A DNA stretch of 64,000 bases from Octopus sinensis (Eukaryota): positions 38,874,001 to 38,938,000 of the forward strand of contig NC_043013.1 of assembly GCF_006345805.1 (NCBI RefSeq), in the 5' to 3' direction. Position numbers and translations under genes: made by a program. Positions 52,188 to 64,000 of this stretch are shown piece after piece; positions within the stretch are counted from its first letter, which is position 1, and every line of letters begins with the position of its first letter. Under the pieces are notes generated by a model, which saw only the letters and a program-made list of their open reading frames with translations, did not search any database and had not been told where the DNA came from.

Positions 52188-52467
52188 ATAGGTATATGTA
52201 TTTTATGTGTGTGCTTGTATGTAAAGATTATTGAAAGTAAATGTCTCGTCTCCAGTTTCAGGCCACTGCGATGTGTACAAACAATAATTTTATTGTCTAC
52301 GTCGTTGAACCTCAACTGTCTGGTGGCTGTCAAGCTGTCAATTACGGGTGAAACTTCGACGACAGGGTATCAATAAAATTAATAATGTCTCACTCTACGC
52401 TTTTTGTGAGTGCATTCCTTAATGTTTACAACATCTTTGAATCGTGAAATCATCATGTGACCGCACT

Positions 52468-52921
52468 TATGCGTATGTATGTATGTATGTATATACGTAT
52501 GTATGCATGTATATATGTACGCATGTATATATGTATGCATGTATATATGTATGCATGTATATATGTATGCATGTATGTATGTATGTATGCATGCATGTAT
52601 GTATGTATGCATGTATGTATGTATGTATGTATGTATGTATGTATGCATGCATGTATGTATGTATGCATGTATGTATGTATGTATGTAGGTAGGTATGTAT
52701 GTATGTATGTGTGTATGCATGCATGTATGTATGTATGTATGCATGCATGTATGTATGTATGTAGGTATGTATGTATGTATGCATGCATGTATGTATGTAT
52801 GTATGTATGTATGTATGTAGGTAGGTAGGTAGGTAGGTATGCATGTATGCATGCATGCATGTATGTATGTATGTATGTATGTATGTATGCATGCATGTAT
52901 GTATGTATGTATGTATGTATG
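52468..52921. repeat. Long (TATG)/(CATG)/(TAGG) compound microsatellite
   Basis: Direct reading. Confidence 0.97.
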
Positions 52922-53024
52922 CAAAGTCAATTACGCCGGAAAAGACCAAAAGCATCGTGTGTGTGTGTGTGTGCATATATGTGTGTGTGCATATGTTTGT
53001 GTGTGTGTATGTGTGTGTGTGTGT

Positions 53025-53393
53025 TGAGGCACAATGGCCCGGTGGTTAGGGCAGCAGACTCGCAGTCGTAGAATCGCGGTTTCGATTCCCAGACCGGGTG
53101 TTGTGAGTGTTTATTGAGCGAAAGCACCTAATGCTCCACGACGCTCCGGTAGGAGGGGGTGGCGAACCCTTCTGTATTCTTTCACCACAACTTTCTCTCA
53201 CTCGGTTTCTGTCGTACCTGTATTTCAAAGGGCCAACCTTGTCACACTCTGTGTCACGCTAAATCTCCCCGAGAACTACGTTAAGGGGTACACGTGGGCG
53301 TGGAGTGCTCAGCCACTAGCACATTAATTCCACGCAGGCTGTTCCGTTGATCGGACCAACTGGAACTCTCGTCGTGTTACCGAGGATTACCAC
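53025..53393 (+). mobile_element. SINE family S3
   Basis: Aligns to 10405-10790. Confidence 0.85.
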
Positions 53394-53396
53394 GAA

Positions 53397-53487
<91 letters not shown>

Positions 53488-53771
53488 TCTCTCTGTGTGT
53501 ATGTGTGTAAATTTGTGTGTGTGTTTGTGTCTGTACTTGTCCCTCACCATCGCTTGACAACCGGTGTTCTTGGTTACATCCTCCTAAGTTGGCGGTTCGG
53601 CAAATAGATATTATAAGTGGCAGGCTTAAAGAATATAAATTAATAAGTACAGGGGTGAATTCATTCGACTAAAAAAAAATTCTTCATGGTGGTGCCCCGG
53701 CATGGCCGCAATCTGACGACTGAAAAGAAGTACTAGAAAAAGGGTAAAAGACATATATACAGTAATGATAT

Positions 53772-53826
<55 letters not shown>

Positions 53827-55287
53827 ATATATATAATATTAGTATATATATATATATATTATATAAGAGAGAGAGAGACGGAGAGAGCAATAAGAAAATG
53901 GAGGGGATCAATAGGTGGTTCATCAACTTTTAGACATTATTTATGTCAACTTATTTATTTATTAAACTGACAATTACAAGAACATACATACATGTATAAC
54001 ATATGCTTTACATATAAAATATATTAATATATAAAGATACCAGTAATTATTATAATATAAAATACAGGAATATAAATTGGGAAAATATTTTACAGCTGTT
54101 TCAGTCAAGAGGCAAAATTGCCTCATTCTACCTTTATGCATCCTGTAGACTGAAGTAATAAGTAGATGAAATTGAGGTACTTGGATGTTTCTCTAGGCTC
54201 CGTTAGAGATTTTAGAAAGTACATAAGGTTAAGTTATAAACAAATATAAATATAAATAAATATAATTAAAAATGATTATTGAAAGTAAATGTGTACGTCT
54301 CTATATATCATGTGTGTGTGAGTATGTATGTATATATATATATACATATATATTATCACGTTGAAAATATCGTTCCTCGTCCGATCAGCGAATTTAAGCA
54401 ACGTCGAGCGTAGTACTTTGGAGTGTGGCCGCTTGGGAAACCTATGTACTGTAAGCACTTTTGATCAAGGCGGTGCTCCAGTGTGTCCGCAGTCAAAACA
54501 CTGAAAACAAAAATAAAAGAATATATAGTTGTATAAACAACAAACAGGTGTATCAGTTTAACGCTGTGAAGGTGAGAAAGTCTTTTACGTTTCGAGCCTA
54601 CGCTCTTCAGAGGAAAGGAACACGAGGAAATAAACAGAGAGTTAATAAAAAAAAAACTTTTAGAACTAGCGGTCAATCATGGCGGCTGATCCGCATACAC
54701 ACATATACATATATATTTATATGTACTTATATACATACATGCATATTTGTGTGTGTATGTTTGTGTGTGTGTGTATGTGTGTTGTGTGTGTGTTGTGTGT
54801 GTGTGTGTGCATGTGTGTATATTTGTGTCTGTGTGTGTGTCATAAAAAGACATTAACCGGTGAAATCAAATACTTAAAAGGTGGTGCAATTAGCAAAACT
54901 GAAAGCAAAAGAAAGAAAGAAAGAAAGAAAGAAAGACAGACAGACAGACAAAAAGAAAGAAAGAAAGAAAGAAAGAAAGAGATACCCCTGGGCCGAAATA
55001 TAAATTTTGTTGGTTTTATATATGGCTATAGACAAGAAACACTCAAATATCAATGGCATGATCACTCATTGGCCCTCATTGGAATAACAATTATTTTGCT
55101 TTTAGAAAGAGAACGTTGACATTACTTAACGAAGACAATTAATCCGAAAATTCAAAGCAACTGGTCAGCTCTCCGCCTTGTTAAAGGAAAATTTTACATA
55201 CATACGTGCATACATACACATATATATGTGTGTGTTTGCATGTATGTATGTGTGTGTGTGTGTATGTATATATACATGCTTACATAC

Positions 55288-55318
<31 letters not shown>

Positions 55319-55351
55319 TGTATGTATGTATGTATGTATGTATGTATGTGT

Positions 55352-55710
55352 GTGAAGGCGCGTGAAGGCGCGTGGCGGCGCGTGGCTCAGTGGTTAGAGC
55401 GTCGAGCTTACGATCGTGAGGTTGTGAGCTCGAACCCCGGACCGGGCTGCGTGTTGTGTTCTTGAGCAAGACACTTTATTTCACGTTGCTCCAGTTCACT
55501 CTGCTGTAGAAATGAGTTGCGACGTCACTGGCACCAAGCTGTATCGGCCCTTGCCTTTCCCTTGGACAACATCGGTGACGTGGAGAGGGGAGGCCGGTAT
55601 GCATGGGCGACTGCTGGTCTTCCATGAAACAACCTTGCCCAGACTTGTGCCTCAGAGAGTAACTCTCTAGGTGCAAACCCATGGCCAGTGTCTGACCGAA
55701 GGGGGTCACT
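55352..55710 (+). mobile_element. SINE family S2
   Basis: Aligns to 14679-14994. Confidence 0.88.
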
Positions 55711-56144
55711 ACTATGTATGTGTGTATGGATGGATGTATATATACATACATGCATGCATAACACACATGCATACATGCATACTCACACACTAATAATTGA
55801 TTAAAGGCATCAGTGAAATTTTTCTTGATAAATTTGCGAAAAATCTCTTTTAGACTTTTAGTCAGTTACTACTAAGCGGTTAAAAGTTGATTTTTTAGAT
55901 GTTTCCCTTCATGTTTCTCTAGATTTTAACTACCGCTCTTATCAGCCGTATCATAAGCCAAACGAGAAATTCTCATACATACATACATACATACATACAT
56001 ACATACATACATACATACATACATAGACATACACATACATACAGACATACATACATACATACATACATACATACATACATACATACATACATAAACAGTC
56101 CTGTCACACAACTCTATAGTCTTTAAAAACCTGATAGCTAACAT

Positions 56145-56830
56145 TAGTAAGTGGCTATCAAATCTATCTTCTAAACAAATATTTGATAAGGCAGCCGCCT
56201 ACTATAGCAATATCCTGGCTTCCAGCGCCTACAACGATAAAATATATTACAACTCTGAATAAAAATATGAATCGTGAAAATAAACCAAAAATTAAACCTA
56301 GGAAAATAATTTGGTTCGCACCTCCTTTCTCCTTTAATGCTATGACTAACGTTGGCAAGAAATTCCTGTCGCTTTTCGATAAACATTTTCCAATAAATAA
56401 TAAATACAGGAAATTTTTTGACAGACTCTCAGTTAAAATATCAGAAGGCTGTTGCCTCAATATGAAGAATGTTATCACTAATCACCAAAAGAGCACTCCC
56501 AGTTGTTACTATTGAGACAATGAAGCTTGCCCACTTGACCAGGCGTGTATGATAAACTCCGTCATATTCCAGTTTGAAGTTACTGTTACTCTTCAAGATA
56601 AATCAATTTAAAAGAAAAATTACATAGGATTATGTGAGGCCGAATTCAAGACACATTATGCAAACCAGCTATCTTCTTTCCACCACATCGATAGAAGTAT
56701 CTCATTGCCCAACGTCATTGTTTTTAAAATATATATATATCGCATAAACAGAGCCCGAAAGACTGTTTTCAGATACATGGCGTATTTTATACATATGCCT
56801 ATTCAAGTATCATAAAAGCATGAAACTAAT
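56145..56830 (+). mobile_element. Penelope-like element relic (linker and GIY-YIG)
   Basis: RKIIWFAPPFSFNAMTNVGKKFL...KHFP; CPLDQACMINSVIF; NYIGLCEAEFK. Confidence 0.88.
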
Positions 56831-56895
56831 GGTAGCTCTTTCGGTTGTGTATTAAATTGATACTTATCTCTCATTCGATGGAGTATTTTTTGTTG

Positions 56896-56947
<52 letters not shown>

Positions 56948-57011
56948 ATATATATATATATATATCTCTCTCTATTATATATATATATATATATATAATA
57001 TATATATATTA

Positions 57012-57223
57012 CTCTCTCTTTTACTCTTTTACTTGTTCAGTCATTTGACTGCGGCCATGCTGGAGCACCGCCTTTAATCGAGCAACTCGACCCCGGGACT
57101 TATTCTTTGTAAGCCCAGTACTTATTCCATCGGTCTCTTTTGCCGAACCGCTAAGTGACGGAGACATAAACACACCAGCATCGGTTGTCAAGCAATGCTA
57201 GGGGGACAAACACAGACACACAA

Positions 57224-57258
<35 letters not shown>

Positions 57259-57422
57259 CGACAGGCTTCTTTCAGTTTCCGTCTACCAAATCCACTCACA
57301 AGGCTTTGGTCGGCCCGGGGCTATAGCAGAAGACACTTGCCCAAGATGCCACGCAGTGGGACTGAACCCGGAACCATGTGGTTGGTTAGCAAGCTACTTG
57401 CCACACAGCCACTCCTGCGCCT
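57012..57422 (-). mobile_element. SINE family S1, full length
   Basis: Near-identical to 27647-28052. Confidence 0.9.
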
Positions 57423-57611
57423 ATATATATATACAGAACATATTTTAGGCCTTGGTCACATGTTCCTTTTTATGTGACTGGCCTTCTTTTATATACACTT
57501 TCCTTTTATTTGAACTTCTGATCCGTGTAGTCGGGGTGGTGGCACTGTGGCTTTCAGGTTCAAACCTAATTTGTCATCTTCACTCTTCCCTTCTCTCGAA
57601 CCATCTGTGCT

Positions 57612-57673
<62 letters not shown>

Positions 57674-57779
57674 TGTTGTTGTTGTGGTTGTAGTAGTAGT
57701 AGTAGTAGTAGTAGTTGTTGTTGTTGTTGTTGTATTGTTGTTGTTGTAGTAGTAGTAGTAGTAGTAGTAGTTTGCGCGG

Positions 57780-59760
57780 TACGTCTCTTGGCGTCTCGAA
57801 TTTGTGTAGTAATGATTGAATAGCCAATACATACAAAAGAGACGTGAAGGAACATCCTTGAAGGACTGAACGCATGATGTTGAAATGTTCCGAAAGGTAA
57901 CCATTCACTCTAACCACAGAGTGATCCAGCCCACAAAAACGGGCCCGACACGAGCTGCATTGAGGACTTCCGCCAGGTAACGATGGGTGCCCCTATCAAA
58001 AGCATTCGATTGATCTAAGTTGATCAGATCCAAGGCCGTGGCAGGTTCCTTAGCCATCCTCTCGACGTTCTATCGCATGAGGTGGAAGTTGTCGTAGATG
58101 GATCTGTTAGGGATCACGCATGTTAGCTTCTCTCCCACATGACTACCGACAATAAGCGCTAGCCTCGTCGCTAACACCTTGGCCAAAATATTAAATTCTG
58201 CATTTAGAAGAGTTACGGGCCTAAAATTATCGATATGGTCCCCGTTGGTCGTGTCCCTTCTCAGAAATGGGAATTCTCTCGTTCTGCTGCCAGTTGCAAG
58301 AGACGTCTGACAATAGGTCTCTGAACAAGCCTAGCTTGTAATCGTAAAGCTCTTTGGGCAGACCATCTAAACCAGGCGATTTGCCGCTCATGCATTCACT
58401 TATCACCTCCCATATTTCAGCGGCTGTTATCGGCCTTTCACAACACTCCAGCTCCGGGGTCAAGAGTCTCGAGAGAGCGTCGAGGTGGGCACTAACGTTC
58501 ATCTCGCGATCCGGCATGCCACTGTGCCCAAGCATTTGAACTAAATGCCGCTGAAAAGCTGCACACGTCCGCTTGGGATCGAGTAACATGCGCACATCGT
58601 GGTTCAGCAAAGACCAGATTGTCGCTATGTTGCCACGACATGCCTCTACCACTCGGGCCCAATGGCTTTGGTCTCCTCGTGTTTAAAACACGCACCTTAA
58701 CTCAGACAACGCGGCCTTCATGCTTTGAGTTGAAGAATTGGTCGAGAGCCAAACCCGCTGCAAGCTTGTTAAGTTGCGCTGCTTTTCGTAAAAGCCTCTT
58801 CTAGCTTTCTAACTCATGCTTTAATCTAGTTGTCTCTATCGATACTCATTTACTAAACCTTATTGATTCTACTCTAATTGTCCTTTTTAGGGCAAGTAAT
58901 CACTTGTTGTTTACGATTGATTAGATTGGATTAGAAGTTCTATCCCAGACCCTGATCAATTTTCAGTTTTTATTTTCTTTACTTCGAGGATTTGCGCGCT
59001 GTCCTCTACGTCCATAAGGACAGCTGCCACTAGCCAAGAAATAGCTATTTTGGGCGACACCTGGATTGCTTTTATTTTTACCAAACTTTGGTCATAATTT
59101 TGTTGGCAGTAGAGTGAGCTCTTCACGCTTGAGTAGTGTGAGAAAGTATCGTCTCGTTCCCTCTGGCATTTCGAAGAATACGTCCGCCGTCCCAGATCCC
59201 CATGCCTTAGACGATATGGGATTTGCGCTCCCATATGCAACCCAAAGCCATTTGAATCTGGGACTCGAAGGCTCACTCCTCCCGACGTGACTTCACTCTA
59301 ATTGTAAGGTACGTTAGCTATACGTCAGGTGGAGGTGTGAGGCCGATTTCAGTGATTCCTTCCTTTTTAACATCAGTTTGGTTTCTTTTAATTCACTTTG
59401 GTTTACTGAAATCTCCGCCACACTTTTAGTTGACCCGCGAAGGAAACGGCTGATGGTGGGGGGTAACCTTCTGTGTTGTGTTGAGATGGTTCACACATAG
59501 GTCTCCATTTATTTTGCTGTTGTTGTTATTCACATTGTTGTTGTTGCTGTTGTTATTGTTACCATTTGTGTTGTTGTCCGTGCCATTGCTACATTCGTTG
59601 TTTTCGTTTGTTACATTTGTTGTTGCAGTGTTTGTCGTGTTGGTGTTGGTGTTGGTAGTGGAGGAAGCAGTGTTCCTGTTAGTACTATTGTTGCTTTTTA
59701 CTGTCACTGTTTTCCACAGCTGCCCCTCCGATGGCAACGTTGAAACTTTTTGTTTATTTT
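57780..59760 (-). mobile_element. Tx1/L1-clade LINE relic: ORF1 remnant and RT, endonuclease region missing
   Basis: PITAAEI...GKSPGLDGLPKELY, NFRPVTLLNAEFNILAKVLATRL, LDQSNAFDR, RSVLQGC; upstream N/T-rich ORF1-like peptides. Confidence 0.85.
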
Positions 59761-60204
59761 TACTATTTGCTAGTTTTCTGTGTTGCTGGCGACAGTTGTT
59801 TTGTCGTCTGCATTCGTATTAGTGTCGTTGCATTCGTATTACTGGTGACGTTGTTGACGGTGGTGGGGGTGGCATTGGTGTTATTCACTTTTGATTTCTG
59901 GATGGTTTCGACAGAAATTTGCATGCTTTTTTCGCGTGGATTTTTGTTATCGTGAAAGTGGAGGGGTGTTTGCGTCTATTTTTCTTTTGGGATTTTTTAT
60001 GAGCGTAATTTGAAAATGAAATTACAATATTTGGGCCCAAATCCCAAATATTATGAGGTTGCCTTTTCCGTGGACAATGTATGGTGCCCTATTTAGAGTT
60101 TGTATCAAAACATTTTAATAATGAATGTTATGTAAACAAGTAAAAACCAACAAAACTTACGGAGCCACACTGTATATGGCGACAACTTGAGGTTCCAATA
60201 ATAA

Positions 60205-60548
60205 TAATAATCCTTTCAACTAAAGACACAAGGCCTGAAATTTGAGGTAGGGGGACTAACCGATTATATTGACCCCAATGTTTCACTGGTACTTAATTTA
60301 TCGACCTAGAAAGGATGAAAGCAAGGTCGACCTCGGCGGAATTTGAACTCAGAAGGTAGCGACGGGCGAAATACTGCTAAACATTTCGTCCAGCGTGCTA
60401 ATAATGGTTTCATATTTTGGCACAAGGCCAGCAAGTTCGGGATAGGGTTAAGTCGGTTACATCGACCTCAGTGCTCTACTGGTTTTTATTTTATCGGCCT
60501 CGAAAGGATAGAAGGCAAAGTCGACGCCGGAGAAATTTGAACTCAGAA
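60205..60548 (-). mobile_element. Two adjacent SINE S4 copies
   Basis: Reverse-complement alignment to the copy at 43162. Confidence 0.8.
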
Positions 60549-61484
60549 CATAGAGACAGATGTCGAAGAAAATAGTAAAAACCGAAATAACGATTTGGTG
60601 AGTGCAACAGTCAAGGCCATACGATTTCACAGTCATAATCAACAGGAAAATGCAGCCCAGGAAAATCCCATTAAACAATATGCATTTTATAGGGAAGCAA
60701 ATTCGAGGTAGCGGAGGCACTCTTCTGCAGCTTACTTATAATGGACGCCAAGTCAATGAGAAAAGGCTCGAACGTCAATAGGACAGCCAACCAGCAAATA
60801 CTCCTCTCACGTTACAGAAATCTTATAGCTAAACCGCTTTCTTTGTTAACAAATCTATAATGTTGGTGAAATATTTGTGCAACCTCGATATGAATTCTTT
60901 TTTCTAGAGACCTTTGACATAGCCGTTGGAGTGGGAGAGAAGAAAAAGAAGAAGAAAAAACAGAGTGCGGTAGAGGAAGAGCGTGAAACTAAAGGGAATT
61001 CAGGGCTTATCATTTGTCATCCTCCGAAAAGATAATAGAAACGAGGACTTCGGTAGGATTTGAACTCAGAATTCGTGTATAGGAAATTCTATCCTACTAG
61101 TTCTAACGAACTCTATCAATTCGCTGGCTAACCTAACCTACTTCATATCAGGAAATACTCTGCTATGTCGGAATCTTCCGCCCAGACACATTCAAATAAC
61201 AAACGTCATAAGTGTGCCAACAGCATAAACAGCGGCTGTTATCTAACTTCCCGCAATGGGACTGCATAAATAAAACATAAGCTAACCCGGACTTGTCAGA
61301 TTCGAGGTTAACAGAGAAATAAATATATTTTCAGAGAATATTTTACCAATAAGTGTGACAATAAAATAAAATAAATGGCGAGACAGAGAAAAAAAAAGAT
61401 TACAAAGGAAGGTATTATTATGCAAGTTGATGGTGATATACTCAAAAGTTGTTTTTCTTTTTTATGTATTTATATTATGTAGGT

Positions 61485-61922
61485 GGGATCACGTGGCTTA
61501 GTGGTTAGGAGTGTTGGACTCATGATCGTAAGATTGTGATTTCGATTCTTGGACCGGGCGATGCGTTGTGTTCTTGAGCAAAACACTTCATTCCACGTTG
61601 CTCCAGTCCACTCAGCTGACAAAAAGGACTAATCCTGCGACGGACCGACGTCCCGTTCAGGTGGAGAATATATATATACACCATTGAAGCCGGGAAACCG
61701 TCCTTCATGAGCATGACATGGCTCGAGAAGGAAACATTTATTTTATAGGCGCAGGAGTGGCTGTGTGGTAAGTAGCTTGCTTACCAACAACATGGTTCTA
61801 GGTTCATTCCCAATACGTGGGACCTTGGGCAAGTGTCTTCCACTATAGCCTCGGGCCGACCAAAGCCTTGTGAGTGGATTTGGTAGACGGAAACTGAAAG
61901 AAGCCCGTCGTATGTATGCATG

Positions 61923-61975
<53 letters not shown>

Positions 61976-62060
61976 GTGTGTCTGTGTTTGTCACCCAGCA
62001 TCGCTTGACAACCGATGCTGGCGTGTTTACATCCCTGTAACTTAGCGGTTCGGCAAAAAG
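61485..62060 (+). mobile_element. SINE S2-type copy (61485-61735) followed by a 3'-truncated S1 copy (61746-62060)
   Basis: A/B boxes and family alignments. Confidence 0.82.
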
Positions 62061-62419
62061 TGAATTTAGGCAGCAAAATCACAGCATATCTAATCAGAGG
62101 TATAAATAGAGATGTAGTCAAATACAGTAGAGAAAAATTAGTAATAAAAACTGCCTACACTTTCCTATCTTTTACTTGCAAAGTTATCCCTACTGATTCT
62201 ATACATTTTACTATCTTGGTTGAAAAATATGAAGGATCATTCGAATGCTCCTTTCATTACTAATTCATATATTATTGTATGAATTTTCTAGATTTGTACC
62301 TGTCTATGCCGAATCACTATGAAATTTCAATCTCCAGATTCTCTACAAAAATATAGAGAAACCGATCAGATTAATGTGAGATTGTTTTTATTACAACAAA
62401 ACATAAAAACAAACATTAT

Positions 62420-62482
62420 ATGTATATATGTATATGTATATCTATATCTATCTATCTATATCTATCTATCTATCTATCTATC

Positions 62483-62520
<38 letters not shown>

Positions 62521-62572
62521 ATCTATATATATCTATCTATCTACCTACCTATCTATCTATCTATCAATTTTC

Positions 62573-62648
<76 letters not shown>

Positions 62649-62673
62649 TATATCTATCTATCTATCAATTTTC

Positions 62674-62706
<33 letters not shown>

Positions 62707-62708
62707 AA

Positions 62709-62744
<36 letters not shown>

Positions 62745-62834
62745 TCTATATCTATCTATCTATCTATCTATCTACCTATCTATCTATCTATCTATCTGCC
62801 TGTCTGTCTATCTATCTATCTATCTATTTATATA

Positions 62835-62867
<33 letters not shown>
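62420..62867. repeat. (TATC)/(TA) compound microsatellite
   Basis: Direct reading. Confidence 0.97.
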
Positions 62868-62870
<3 letters not shown>

Positions 62871-62940
62871 CGGTTAGCTCAGTCAGTAGAGTACGAGACT
62901 CTTAATGTCGGGATCGTGGGTTCGAGTCCCACGTTGAGCA
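62868..62940 (+). pseudogene. tRNA-Lys(CTT)-derived sequence (pseudogene or SINE head)
   Basis: 73-nt cloverleaf, anticodon loop CTCTTAA, perfect T arm; G18A, C3.A70 and G30.G40 mismatches. Confidence 0.85.
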
Positions 62941-63286
62941 CAATATAATTCTATGGTGCTGCTCTAGCATGACCACGGCCGCATGGCTGAAATGAGGTCG
63001 ATGAATTAAGTAACAGCTGCGTACTGGGAACGACCTAATCGACTGGACTCCTTACCAAAGATTTCGGGCCTTGTGCCTCGAGTAGAAAAGATATTTAAGA
63101 GAACCATCAAGCGATGGCATTGTTCAAAATCGAGTTGCAAACGTCAAGCATGTTTGTTTGTGTGTTTATGTTTATGTACGTACTACGTATTAAGAAGAAA
63201 TATGAAAATCATCGTATAAACATATGTTATATGTGTGTGCGTATACACTCATGCACACATCTACCAACACACACGTACGTATGTAC

Positions 63287-63344
<58 letters not shown>

Positions 63345-63347
<3 letters not shown>

Positions 63348-63720
63348 TAAATTAGAGACAAAACCACTATTATGCAAATCAAACAAAGAAAGACTTAAGC
63401 CAATACATAAAATAATTTATATAATTAAATTTAATTTAAATAACCACTACGATCGTTTCGTGTCAGCACTTCTATGAGACATTCTTCAGGTGGTTTCAAA
63501 ACCTAAAATATAATCAATATTTTTAAGATATAAATAATCTATATAATCTAAATAAAAATTTACTTATAATAAACTCTATTATTAAATATGATTATATAGA
63601 AATCGACTATAATGTTAAATATTAACTTTAATTTATAAGGTAGAAAATCCATATTCTAATATCCATTTTAGTCTATATCTACTTATATAGATATTTGAAA
63701 TGACTAATATATATAAATTA
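63345..63720 (-). mobile_element. PLE-type terminal fragment anchored in (TA)n
   Basis: AT-rich segment leading to a complete hammerhead; 3' end abuts (TA)n. Confidence 0.6.
63442..63495 (-). ncRNA. Type I hammerhead ribozyme
   Basis: AACCAC-CTGAAGA-A-TGTC(13 nt)GACA-C-GAAA-CGATCG-TA/GTGGTT; 6-bp stem I, palindromic stem III, GUA triplet. Confidence 0.82.
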
Positions 63721-64000
63721 AACATATCTAAATACGTACACAAACTCACACACACATATATATATCTATACATACACATAAACATATAGACACAGATATA
63801 TTTATAAAGTAGCCCTATACATCTACACATTGCTTATTCATACTCCCACACACACACATACAATCACTCATTCATAAACATATACTCTCAGTATGACACT
63901 AACACAGAGGAGAAATGACATCCAGTAGCCGCAGATACTCAACCACATACTTATAGAAATATTTCATTCTTAGTAAAATAGTATTAAATACTATATACTA

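Noticed and set aside
60457-60720. Hydrophobic ORF as a membrane receptor exon
   Set aside because: GTG start, 3' part runs into a SINE, no convincing splice sites or family motif
62868-62940. Functional tRNA-Lys gene
   Set aside because: G18 lost, acceptor and anticodon stem mismatches, no oligo-T terminator, retroposon-like tail follows

Overview
Gene-poor, repeat-dense eukaryotic DNA, most likely cephalopod (Octopus). That assignment is an inference from the tRNA-derived SINE families and microsatellite load. I can support no host protein-coding gene; nearly all ORFs in the track are translated microsatellites or decayed transposons. The window contains four tRNA-derived SINE families and relics of Penelope-like elements (PLE; RT plus C-terminal GIY-YIG). 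It also contains CR1-group, Tx1, R4/Dong and RTE LINE relics, mariner, Chapaev3-like, hAT and Merlin-like DNA elements, Helitron-type elements and a 100-N gap. The most interesting layer is structural. (i) There are several type I hammerhead-ribozyme motifs, two with complete stems (36926-36981 +, 63442-63495 -); the first lies in a 321-bp terminally redundant, retrozyme-like unit. (ii) There are four palindromes with 0-2 nt spacers, each with one end abutting a (TA)n tract, three folding back at or just before hammerhead-like motifs, plus a 2-kb inverted PLE duplication. (iii) A CR1-group LINE, a SINE family and a tRNA-Lys chimera share a 3' tail with a covarying hairpin. All alignments were done by eye, so relic and SINE boundaries are approximate.
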